A stretch of 64,000 nucleotides of DNA from Vampirovibrionaceae bacterium NZW_1234 (GTDB lineage: Bacteria; Cyanobacteriota; Vampirovibrionia; Vampirovibrionales; JAGQHJ01): contig JBGUGD010000010.1 of the NCBI GenBank assembly GCA_041697335.1, positions 1-64,000 of the forward strand. Reading direction: 5' to 3'. How positions within the stretch are numbered: the first letter of the stretch is position 1; each line of letters starts with the position of its first letter. Positions 43,410 to 52,668 of this stretch are shown one piece after another. A program made the translations under genes and the position numbers. The notes beneath the pieces are model-generated. The model was not told where the DNA came from and made no database searches. It saw only the letters and a program-made list of their open reading frames with translations.

Positions 43410-43730
43410 CACACACACACATTCCTCACATGCGAGGCGATGACAGACATTGGGGACACGTTACAGGGGCGATTTTAAAGCAGCCGGGCAAGGAATGCCA
43501 CGGCTGTTTTAAACTTTCAGACGGGATGTTCAGCAGATCACTTTTAGGCTCACTCACACCCAGCCGGGGCTCCTGCCCAGGGGCGGGTTGTGTGGCGAGG
43601 GTCCTCCGGGTCTGTTTGATAGGATAACACCCAAATCCCCCAAGTCGGTCTGTTTGCTAGCTCATCCTTCTTGTTATGGTGTCCATGGCACAAAACCGAG
43701 AGACAGCGCATTTCAAGGGCGTAACCAGGG

Positions 43731-45176
43731 ATGATGACCGTTTTGGATCGACTTCGACATTGGACCTACGGTGCAGTGAAACACTGCACCGGATCTCGCT
43801 ATGCTGAGAACCTGCGCTGGTTACATGCCCATCAGTTTGATTCCTACGAGGACAACCTGGCTTGCCAGCAGAAGATGTTGCGTGATTTACTCATCTTTAG
43901 TGCATCTCATATTCCGTATTACCGTCAATTACTGCGTCAAACCGGCGTAGTCGATGGTCAGGGGCGCATTCATCTGGCGCGCTGGAGTGATCTGCCGGCT
44001 TTGACGCGAGGGGATCTGCAGGCCCATTTAAGTCAGCTTCTCAGCGATGATGCGTCCTCACGCCGTCGCATTATTGCCTTGCCGACCGGAGGCACCACGG
44101 CAACCCCGGTGGTACCCAAAGCCGATTTGACTTATTGGGATTGGACTCAGGCCCAGACGTGGCTTTATTTTAGCTGGATGGGGCTGAATATCGGGATGCC
44201 TTATTTTTACTTCTGGGGAGCACCCCAGGACATTGGCGCACAAGGGAAAACCTGGAAGGATAAATTGTGGCTGCAAGGCATCCAGAACCGCTATGTCCTT
44301 AACTGCCGGCGGATGTCACCCGAAATTATGGCGGCCTATATTGACCGGATGAACGCCATGCCCGAGCGCAACCATATGGTGGCATGTGTCCAGGAACTCT
44401 ATGAATTGGCCTGTTTCAGCCAGGAACATGGCTACCCGGTTCGCCGGGGAATGGTTGGCATTTGTGTTACGACAGCCGCGCTGACCGAACCGATGCGCGA
44501 GACCATTCAATCGGTTTTCGGTTGCCCTGTCTTCAGCCGCTATGGCAGCCGAGAGGTCGGGGACTTGGCATGTGAATGCCAATATCAGGCCGGTCATCAC
44601 GTCAACCCGTTAACTGCCTTTATAGAGGTGGTTGATGAACAGGGACAGCCGGTTCCTCCCGGCGTGGAGGGACGCATTCTGGTGACGAACCTCCATAATT
44701 ACCTGATGCCCCTGATTCGCTACGAGCTTCAAGACCTTGGGATCTGGAGCGAGGCCTGTCGGTGTGCGTGCGGGCGTCAATGGCCGACCCTGAAAATGAT
44801 TACCGGACGACTTCATGAGCGCCTGGTTCTGCCCGATGGATCGACCTTCGGCAAGGTCTTTCTCCACTACATCATGGATCCGTTTCAGAAGCTGCGGGCT
44901 TATCAATTTCATCAAGTCAGCCCCACCCAGGTGGAAGTCCATGTGGTGTCACCTATCCGGGACTACTTGCAGGTGTTCAGGCAGGAGTATCAGGAATCGC
45001 TAAAACGGTTTCATCAGGTTACGGAGCAGCAGTTTCAGGTGACGTATAAGCAAGTGGACCTGCTGGAAAAGACCCCTTCGGGCAAGCAGTTGGTGATCGT
45101 CAATCATGTGTTGCCGGCGCGCCAGCCCATGCCTGTGTCTGCAGCGACTGAGGCGGCGGTGCCGGTTTTTTCCTAA
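43731..45176 (+). CDS. Phenylacetate-CoA ligase/CapK-like adenylate-forming enzyme
   Basis: IPYYR, TGGTTATP, FSRYGSRE, LACEC, GRILVTNL.NYLMPLIRYELQD, CACGR, GR, TPSGK. Confidence 0.85.
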   Translation: MMTVLDRLRHWTYGAVKHCTGSRYAENLRWLHAHQFDSYEDNLACQQKMLRDLLIFSASHIPYYRQLLRQTGVVDGQGRIHLARWSDLPALTRGDLQAHLSQLLSDDASSRRRIIALPTGGTTATPVVPKADLTYWDWTQAQTWLYFSWMGLNIGMPYFYFWGAPQDIGAQGKTWKDKLWLQGIQNRYVLNCRRMSPEIMAAYIDRMNAMPERNHMVACVQELYELACFSQEHGYPVRRGMVGICVTTAALTEPMRETIQSVFGCPVFSRYGSREVGDLACECQYQAGHHVNPLTAFIEVVDEQGQPVPPGVEGRILVTNLHNYLMPLIRYELQDLGIWSEACRCACGRQWPTLKMITGRLHERLVLPDGSTFGKVFLHYIMDPFQKLRAYQFHQVSPTQVEVHVVSPIRDYLQVFRQEYQESLKRFHQVTEQQFQVTYKQVDLLEKTPSGKQLVIVNHVLPARQPMPVSAATEAAVPVFS

Positions 45177-45442
45177 GCCTGGGCTTGTTGCGATTTTCGG
45201 GCGGCCCACACCATCAGTCCGGCTAGAACCATGGTGCCAAAGTAGACGCAAGCCCACTTGGCACAGGCCATGGCGACGACAAGGCCCAGGGCCGCATGCC
45301 AGGGGTGCTGTCTGACATAGCTCAGGACTTGACCAAAGAAGGCTTTACTGCGCTGAGTAATCGGGCAACAGGTTTTGGCGCCGGATACCTGATCCAGGGC
45401 CTGATGAATATCCGGTTCAGGGGAGTTTGGGGGAACGGTCAT
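45173..45442 (-). CDS. Small membrane protein (89 aa)
   Basis: GAGGA RBS before MTVPPN; YVRQHPWHAALG followed by two hydrophobic helices. Confidence 0.6.
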   Translation of the reverse strand: MTVPPNSPEPDIHQALDQVSGAKTCCPITQRSKAFFGQVLSYVRQHPWHAALGLVVAMACAKWACVYFGTMVLAGLMVWAARKSQQAQA

Positions 45443-45613
45443 GCATGGGTCCTCGGCTGATGCATGTCTGCGATAGGGCAGTCGGCATGGTATCGGCATG
45501 AAAGGGCAAAACCTGAATGGACCCTCTCTTTTTCTTAGAGCCTTGGCGTATATCCGGAATCCGATGCTAGAATAAGCAAAAGGCCCGATTTTAAGGGTAG
45601 GTAAGGAGCCCGT

Positions 45614-45847
45614 GTGATGAAGCGGCGATCGGTGTGGCATTATATCGGCTATTTTGGGTTTATTTATCTCCTGATCATGGGGGTGCTGTGGTTAGGCTAT
45701 CCGACAGCCCAGCAGTATGCCAAGCCATTTGCGGCGCTTATTTTTCCAATTAACGAAAACAATTCGATCGGGAAAACCCTGTTGGTGACCTCGGGGATGT
45801 ATTGGCTCATGGTGGGGGGCTATTTGTGGGTGTTGGGCAAACGCTAA
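45614..45847 (+). CDS. Small two-TM membrane protein
   Basis: TAAGGAG RBS; two hydrophobic helices. Confidence 0.65.
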   Translation: MMKRRSVWHYIGYFGFIYLLIMGVLWLGYPTAQQYAKPFAALIFPINENNSIGKTLLVTSGMYWLMVGGYLWVLGKR

Positions 45848-45891
45848 AAAACCGGGCCACGCGATAAACGCCGAAAACCAGTCTTCACGAC

Positions 45892-45923
45892 CAAAGGCAC
45901 CCCGGAGAAGTGGGGTGCCTTTG
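45892..45923. terminator. Bidirectional terminator
   Basis: CAAAGGCACCCC/GGGGTGCCTTTG between convergent genes. Confidence 0.75.
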
Positions 45924-45959
45924 TAAACGTCTTGGACAGAAGAGGGTGGGAATAAAGGT

Positions 45960-47717
45960 TTATTTTTTATCTTTATCCTTATCCTCGTAGTTCGAGCTGC
46001 CGGAGTTACCGGCATTTCCGGAATTTCCAGCGTTACCAGAATTGCCTGCATTTCCGGAGTTTCCAGCGTTATAGTTATTGCCGCTTCCGGAGTTGCCCGC
46101 ATTGCCGGAATTACCAGCATTGCCTGAGTTTCCGGAATTTCCAGAATTTCCAGAGTTACCGGCATTGTAATTGTTGCCGGCATTCCCGGAGTTACCCGCA
46201 TTGCCGGAATTACCGGAGTTGCCTGAGTTTCCAGAATTGCCGGAATTGCCGGAATTATAGTTGTTGCCGCTGCCTGTAGCGCCCGCATTCCCGGCTGCGC
46301 CGGCATTGCCAGCGGCACCGGAATTGCCTGTGCCTTGGGTGGAGCCACCGCCGCCACCACCGCCATCGCCGCTGTTAAAACGGTTGATGGCTGTGTTGTC
46401 GAATGAACGCTGAGGCTCTTGATCGGCACCGGAGCTGATGCGGTTGATCAGGGCTCGGCCTTTTTCCTTGTCGGTATCAAAGGCTTTAACACCTTCCTGC
46501 AAGTCTCGGGCATCGAGCTGCAAACCGCCTTTAGAAACATAGTCAATGGCCTTGCGGTATTCTTTCGGGTTATTGACGTAGGTTTTGTCGTCATCGCTAC
46601 TGAAGATTTGACGTAGCTGTAACGTACCTCGGTTCAAGGCTTTAGTGACGGCATTTAACGTTGCCACATCCTTGTCGCCAACACCGGGATCATCGGCCAG
46701 ATCCTGGTTTCCGCTGTTTGCAAGCAGGGTCTTCAGTTTGGCGTTGTTATAGTTGTTGGCCGTGCCTTTTTCATCGGTGCCGTTTTTGAAGGTGGCAGCC
46801 ACAGCAGCAAACATGTCACCCGGCTTGGTCAAGTCGACTTGCACGCTTGCCAGTTTGTCTTCCGAATCCCGGGTATTATCGACACGGAAGTTACCGATGA
46901 TCTCACGCGTGTATCCGTCGATAATATTGACACGGGCCGCAGCAACCGCATTGTTGGTGCCCATTTTAATAAAGCGGTCTTTAATGATGGTTTGGTTGAC
47001 GTTGCCGTTTTTATCCACGGCACGGGCGTAGTCGTCAACCAGGCGACCATCGGGGGCCGGTAGCTTGGTTAATTCTTTTTCATAGTTCACCGCAGGTGGT
47101 GTGGTTGTTCCGCCGCCACCACCGCCGGTTGCCGGTGCAGGAGCTGGGTTAGGGGTTCCTGCCGGAGATGGGGTCGGGGTAGCTGCAGGGGTAGGCGTTG
47201 CTGCGGGTGTAGGTGTTGCAGCGGGTGTAGGTGTTGCAGCGGGTGTGGGGGTTGCCGCCGGGCTTGGGGTCGCTGCTGGGCTGGGCGACGGCGATGGGCC
47301 TGCTGCCGGGGAGGGTTTTGCCGCAGGTTTCGGTTTGGACGAGCCAAACAGATCGCCCTGGGTCAGCAAGACCACAAAGAGCAATAAGAAGATCATGGAC
47401 GAGGGATCCTGGCCCATCATGCCATTCATCATGCTCATGCCGGAGGACGATGATGGGGCAAAATCATCCGGTGGGCCAAATAAAGGACTGGATGCGGTGG
47501 GCAGATTGGCACCAAATGCGCCACTCAAGAGCCCGGATAAGGGATCGGCCGAGCCGCCAATCAGGGATGAAGCGCCAAAAAGGGATCCGGCTCCTCCGCC
47601 CAAGATACTGCTCAGAGGCGAGGGCGAGCCAAAGCCAGAGCCCTGGAGTCCTGAAGCTCCTCCAAGCAAGCTGGATCCAAAAATGGATGACAGCGATGTG
47701 CTAAATAAACTGTTCAT
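45960..47717 (-). CDS. Low-complexity harpin-like protein with PAATPT and GNS/GNA repeats
   Basis: GGAGGAG RBS; Ser/Gly/Leu-rich N-terminus, MIFLLLFVVLL helix, Pro/Thr linker, ~200-aa globular region, Gly-Asn repeat tail. Confidence 0.82.
   Translation of the reverse strand: MNSLFSTSLSSIFGSSLLGGASGLQGSGFGSPSPLSSILGGGAGSLFGASSLIGGSADPLSGLLSGAFGANLPTASSPLFGPPDDFAPSSSSGMSMMNGMMGQDPSSMIFLLLFVVLLTQGDLFGSSKPKPAAKPSPAAGPSPSPSPAATPSPAATPTPAATPTPAATPTPAATPTPAATPTPSPAGTPNPAPAPATGGGGGGTTTPPAVNYEKELTKLPAPDGRLVDDYARAVDKNGNVNQTIIKDRFIKMGTNNAVAAARVNIIDGYTREIIGNFRVDNTRDSEDKLASVQVDLTKPGDMFAAVAATFKNGTDEKGTANNYNNAKLKTLLANSGNQDLADDPGVGDKDVATLNAVTKALNRGTLQLRQIFSSDDDKTYVNNPKEYRKAIDYVSKGGLQLDARDLQEGVKAFDTDKEKGRALINRISSGADQEPQRSFDNTAINRFNSGDGGGGGGGSTQGTGNSGAAGNAGAAGNAGATGSGNNYNSGNSGNSGNSGNSGNSGNAGNSGNAGNNYNAGNSGNSGNSGNSGNAGNSGNAGNSGSGNNYNAGNSGNAGNSGNAGNSGNAGNSGSSNYEDKDKDKK
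45995..46330 (-). repeat. Coding G-N-[SA] tripeptide repeat punctuated by NNYN
   Basis: (GNSGNSGNAGNS)n in translation; 9-nt periodicity. Confidence 0.9.
47160..47290 (-). repeat. Coding 18-nt tandem repeat (PAATPT/S, about 6 copies)
   Basis: GCxGCxACxCCxACxCCx units. Confidence 0.9.
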
Positions 47718-48962
47718 GAGTTCTTCTCCTCCGTCTGACAAGTCTGTCCAACACGATCCAATCTCGAATTGGATGAAAACCATATTTCAGTTTTTAGATG
47801 TCACATGCGCAGGGCATAGACTTCTCTCTTGTGAGTATAAAAACAATCAATTAAAATTTTTATCCCTTATGTTAAGAAATTGTTATGTAAGGTTTTCAGG
47901 ATGGGTAAGAAAACCTTGCTTGGCCTTGGATTCGGCCTGTTCGTTTATTACGGATTACTGGTTTGACCGTGCGGACAATTTGTCCACACGGTGATTTGGG
48001 GCCAATTTTGGAAAAATTCCGTACGGGGAATAAGACCCATTGGGGCGATAGGTGCCATGGGGGTCAAGACGGTGCCACGGCACATATCGCTCCAGGTGGA
48101 GAAAATACCGAGATTTTTAGGGGCTGTTTTGGGGTGCATTTGTAAAAACCTTTAATTGATTGTGTTTTACTTGTTTTATTCCATAAAACCCTTTGTTTTA
48201 AACGTTTTTTTATAAAAATTTTGTTAAAATTGCTATGATGGCTTATTTTTTGGATTTTAATGTCTTTAATTTCTGCCATTAAAAGTTGATTGTGGGTTTT
48301 GAGGTGTGTTTTTTCTGTCTGGAAGATTGCTTTTGGTTTTTGTGTTTTTTGGGTGCGGGCAGGTTGGCTGTCTCATGTGGGTTTTGGCCCCGGCGATATG
48401 CTTGGTAACGGCTTTATGGCCTTTGGCTTTCTGAATCTCCTCTTGCCATTCTCGTCTCTCCTCATCAATTTCATTCCCATAAGAGCAGATGATTTTTAAG
48501 GCAGGGTGGTTTTTGATCCGAGAACCATGTTGTTTGGCAAGAAACAGAGATGGCCGGGGGGGGAGGGCGTCACGATGGATGGGTGCGATTGAGGCCGCTG
48601 TCTGATGCGTGGGTTTTCTCGCGGTATTTAGGGTCCATTTTTTTTCAGACGTCCAAAGAATCCATACCCGGGGCGCGCAACAATTTGTGAGCGTTGTTTT
48701 TGGTGTTTTCTCAATCTCCTCGATTTTGTCAGGCAGGTTCGATCATGGGCCGCGAGGGCGGCCCTTCTGTCATAAAAGCCACAGGGAACAGCTGCGAGTG
48801 TGGTTATGCGAGAGCGTAAATGTAACGAAGAATTTACAAAGTAACATCGAGAAAAATCAAATTTGTTTTTATAAAAATAAATGAATTATTAATACCCTTG
48901 GTTTGTCAGGCGTCCATGTTGGCGCGGTTTGTTGAGAGAAGTTACCTTAAGAGAGAAGCACC

Positions 48963-50231
48963 ATGTTTGGTAATCCTATCATCAGTTCATTGTTGCCATC
49001 CTCGGGGCTCACTGCATTGCAGGGCTCGCAGATGGGGGCAGCCCGCCCGATGGGTGGGATGATGCCGGGTGCCTCAATGCAGGTATCTTCCTGGGGCAAT
49101 GCCTTTGGTTCCCAAAATCAGTCCATGGGAATGCAGCAGAGTTGGATGCAACTGCTTTATGGCCTTGTGATGGTGCAATTGTTTCAGACATTGTTGCAAA
49201 AACCCCAACCCAAGCCATTACCCGAGCCGGAGCCCATCAGTCCAACGTTAATTGAGGATCGTCCGGAGGCCAAGGTGATTGGGGACATCAATTACCGTAA
49301 CCTCAATCTGGAAGAACGTCGTAAACTGAGTAATATGTCGGATCGGGAACGGGCCGTGCTTCACTTATGGGGCCGCCAAATGATTGCCGAGGGCAAGCAG
49401 GACGGTGGTATTCTGCTTACCGTGCTTGAATCGGCCCAGACGGGTCAAAACGATGGAACTGTCTTGACGGAGAATGCGGAAGTGCTTCTGGCTCAAGAAT
49501 TGGTGGCCAAGGAGAAAGAACGGTTTGGTGCCGTGACGGGACGCACCCTGGACGAAGAATTTTTTAAACTCTATGAAAAACTGACGGGCAAGGATATTTC
49601 GGCTCGCTATGCCAATGCGCCCTTGCATAAAGCCGATGGCCCCACGCGAATGCCCAAGCAGTTTCGGTTGGATTCGCCGGAATGGGAAAGTGCCTTGCAA
49701 GAGCAAAGCGGCTTAAACGGCTTTGAGAATTCGGTCCTGCGCCTTTGGGGCCATAATCCCCTGTTTACCGGGAATATTGATGGCTCTATTCTGGCCTTTA
49801 CCCTGGCCAATGAAAAGTCATTGGATCCGGGTCTGAACAAAGCGGATGTCAGAAACTTGCTGGAAGCCGATATGGTGGCCGATGGCAAATTGAACGGCGA
49901 TGCTCTTGAAAAGGCCTTTGTGGATGTGATGGACAAAATGTATCTGGGCACCGAAGGGGCTTCTGTGGAAAAGACCAAGCAGTTTGCCCTGGACAGAGCC
50001 CGTGCCTTGAAACGCACGGCCCAGCAGATAAAGCAAAGCACCACGGAAGGCGTTCAGGATGCCATTAAGTCTGTGGGCAAAACCATGAAGGATCACCCGG
50101 TGCTCACCGGCATCAGCATTTCCGGTTTGCTGACGGCTGCCATTATTTGCCCTTTCCTGGCGGGCTTGGGCATGGGAGGCGCTGGCGTTGCCATAGCCCA
50201 GCGCTTGATTGAAGGTGGCAGAGACGATTAA
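48963..50231 (+). CDS. Hypothetical protein with harpin-like N-terminus, duplicated domain and C-terminal hydrophobic hairpin
   Basis: Met/Gly/Gln-rich start, WMQLLYGLVMVQLFQTLL helix, repeats AVLHLWGR..DGGIL and SVLRLWGH..DGSIL, C-terminal TM. Confidence 0.82.
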   Translation: MFGNPIISSLLPSSGLTALQGSQMGAARPMGGMMPGASMQVSSWGNAFGSQNQSMGMQQSWMQLLYGLVMVQLFQTLLQKPQPKPLPEPEPISPTLIEDRPEAKVIGDINYRNLNLEERRKLSNMSDRERAVLHLWGRQMIAEGKQDGGILLTVLESAQTGQNDGTVLTENAEVLLAQELVAKEKERFGAVTGRTLDEEFFKLYEKLTGKDISARYANAPLHKADGPTRMPKQFRLDSPEWESALQEQSGLNGFENSVLRLWGHNPLFTGNIDGSILAFTLANEKSLDPGLNKADVRNLLEADMVADGKLNGDALEKAFVDVMDKMYLGTEGASVEKTKQFALDRARALKRTAQQIKQSTTEGVQDAIKSVGKTMKDHPVLTGISISGLLTAAIICPFLAGLGMGGAGVAIAQRLIEGGRDD

Positions 50232-50478
50232 GCGTTCACAATGATAACGGTCTTTCGCTTGCAGTCCTGCAAAGCGGCACAATACGTTTTGTCATTGTCG
50301 GGTCTAGCGTGATTCGATGCATTGCTTGCGATGTACCAGAGCCCCCTCGCCATCAACGGCTTGGCGTTGACTTGGGGCTTATCGCGTCCGAGAGTTGGAG
50401 GTGTGTTTTTTTTCACGTAAAATAGGACTGTCAAAATAGCGTGTTAAAAACAGACTAAAGAAAGAAACGAAGACAATT

Positions 50479-52668
50479 ATGGAATTTAACATTGTTGAAC
50501 AGACCTTGATGATTGATGACAAACAGGTCACCCTTCGCACAGGTGAGTTGGCTCGTGCAGCCAATGGTGCGGTGACAGTGACTTGTGGCGATACCGTGAT
50601 TCTGGTGTCTGCCACTGGGAGTAAAAAGCCTCGTCCCGGCATTGATTTCTTTCCACTGCTGGTGGATTACGAAGAAAAAATGTTTGCCGTGGGCCGCTTG
50701 CCGGGTGGGTTTATTAAACGTGAAGGCCGTCCCTCGGAGAAGGCTGTGCTCACGTCTCGTCTGATTGATCGCCCTATTCGTCCGCTTTGGCCGGATGGGT
50801 ATCGCAACGATGTTCAAATTGTCGCAACCCCATTAAGCGTATCCAGCGAGAATCCGCCGGATGTGCTGGCTGTATTGGGTGCCTCTGCCGCCCTTATGCT
50901 CTCGGGGCTTCCCTTTGAGGGGCCCATTGGTGCCGTACGTATTGGCATTCATGAAGGCGAAATGGTCGTTAACCCGTCACACGAGCAGATTGAGAAAAGC
51001 GATCTGGATTTGGTGGTGGCTGGGACGGCCAGCTCTATTCTGATGGTTGAAGCCGGTGCCAGCTTTGTGAACGAAGATGCCATGCTTCGGGCCATTGAAT
51101 ACGCCCACGAAGAGATTAAAAAGCAGGTTCAGGCTCAAATCGAGTTTGCCCAAAAATGTGGTGTCGAGCGGACACCCTTTGTGCCGACCGAAGACCTGAC
51201 CCCCTTGTATGAGTTTGCCTCCCAGTTACTGTTGGATGACATTAACGCAGCCTTTCATGACTTTGAGCGGGAATCTCGCCAGGAAAAACTGGAAGCGGCC
51301 CGGACCAAACTGGACGAAGCCGTTGCTGCTCTGGCGGAAGATCACCCCATTAAAGTGCTTTTAGCCTCTTCCGAATTGGATTTTGTGTCTGAAATCTTCA
51401 AGAAGGTCGAGAAAAAAGTGATGCGGGCCATGGTTATCAATGAAAATGTCCGTGCCGATGGTCGTAAGCCGGAAGAAATCCGACCCATCACTTGCCGGGT
51501 GGGCTTGTTGCCTCGTACTCACGGCAGCGGTCTCTTTACCCGAGGCAATACTCAAGTTCTGTCTCTCTGTACCCTGGGTTCGCCCGGGGATGCCCAATCC
51601 CTGGACGGTGTGGATCCGATGACGGAAAAACGCTGGATTCACCACTATAACTTCCCCGGCTTCTCCGTGGGTGAAGTCAAGCCCCTTCGCGGCGCAGGGC
51701 GTCGTGAAATTGGGCACGGTGCGCTTGCCGAACGTGCCATTACGGCTTCTTTGCCGCCGAAAGAAGAGTTTGGCTACACCATTCGTGTGAACTCCGAAGT
51801 CTTGGAATCCAACGGGTCGACGAGTATGGCCAGTACCTGTGCGGCTTCGCTTTCCTTGATGGATGCCGGTGTGCCGGTATCGACCCCCATTGGCGGGATT
51901 GCCATGGGCCTGATTAAAGAAGGCGACCAGTACAAGGTTCTTTCCGACATTCAGGGTGTTGAAGACTTCCTGGGTGATATGGATTTTAAAGTCACCGGGA
52001 ACGAGACCGGGATTACGGCCTTGCAGATGGACATCAAGATCCAGGGGATCTCGGTGGACATTATGCGCAATGCCTTGGAACAGGCCCGGGTCGGGCGGCT
52101 TCATATCCTGTCCAAAATGACCGAAGCCATTCGAGAGCCGCGTCCAGCCCTGTCGCCTTACGCCCCGCGGATGATCACCATGAAGATCGATCCCGATACC
52201 ATTGGGACGGTTATTGGCCCGGGTGGGAAGATGATTCGCTCCATCATTGAAGAAACGGGTGCCACCATTGACATTGAAGACAGTGGTCTGGTCACCATTA
52301 CTTCTTCGGGTGATGGCGGCGAGCGGGCTCGTGACATCATTAAGCGCCTGACCATGAAGATTGAGCGGGGTCTGGTGACTAAAGGGCGTGTGGTCCGCAT
52401 CATTCCGGCCGGTGCCTTTGTCGAAATCACGCCAGGTAAAGACGGCATGGTGCACATCTCTCAACTGGAAAACCGTCGGGTTGAAAAGGTGGAAGATGTG
52501 GTCCGGGTGGGTGATCAGGTCGTTGTGAAAGTGGTCGAAATCGACGATCGCGGCCGGATTAACCTCACCATGAAAGGGGTTACCCCCGAAGAGCGGGCTC
52601 CCTTTGAAACCAATGGGGCGGCTGAAACCGTTGACGCACCCGAGCACGCTGAACAACCCGTTGGCTAG
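50479..52668 (+). CDS. pnp: Polyribonucleotide nucleotidyltransferase
   Basis: FFPLLVDY, RLIDRPIRP, RREIGHG, SNGSTSMAS, GDMDFKV, KH and S1 domains. Confidence 0.98.
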   Translation: MEFNIVEQTLMIDDKQVTLRTGELARAANGAVTVTCGDTVILVSATGSKKPRPGIDFFPLLVDYEEKMFAVGRLPGGFIKREGRPSEKAVLTSRLIDRPIRPLWPDGYRNDVQIVATPLSVSSENPPDVLAVLGASAALMLSGLPFEGPIGAVRIGIHEGEMVVNPSHEQIEKSDLDLVVAGTASSILMVEAGASFVNEDAMLRAIEYAHEEIKKQVQAQIEFAQKCGVERTPFVPTEDLTPLYEFASQLLLDDINAAFHDFERESRQEKLEAARTKLDEAVAALAEDHPIKVLLASSELDFVSEIFKKVEKKVMRAMVINENVRADGRKPEEIRPITCRVGLLPRTHGSGLFTRGNTQVLSLCTLGSPGDAQSLDGVDPMTEKRWIHHYNFPGFSVGEVKPLRGAGRREIGHGALAERAITASLPPKEEFGYTIRVNSEVLESNGSTSMASTCAASLSLMDAGVPVSTPIGGIAMGLIKEGDQYKVLSDIQGVEDFLGDMDFKVTGNETGITALQMDIKIQGISVDIMRNALEQARVGRLHILSKMTEAIREPRPALSPYAPRMITMKIDPDTIGTVIGPGGKMIRSIIEETGATIDIEDSGLVTITSSGDGGERARDIIKRLTMKIERGLVTKGRVVRIIPAGAFVEITPGKDGMVHISQLENRRVEKVEDVVRVGDQVVVKVVEIDDRGRINLTMKGVTPEERAPFETNGAAETVDAPEHAEQPVG

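Noticed and set aside
47101..47994. 297-aa ORF with GVAAGV repeats (and 45692-46429 alternative frame)
   Set aside because: Antisense or alternate-frame reading of the repeats in the 45960 gene, which has the RBS and coherent domain structure
51361..52656. 431-aa minus-strand ORF
   Set aside because: Antisense shadow of pnp
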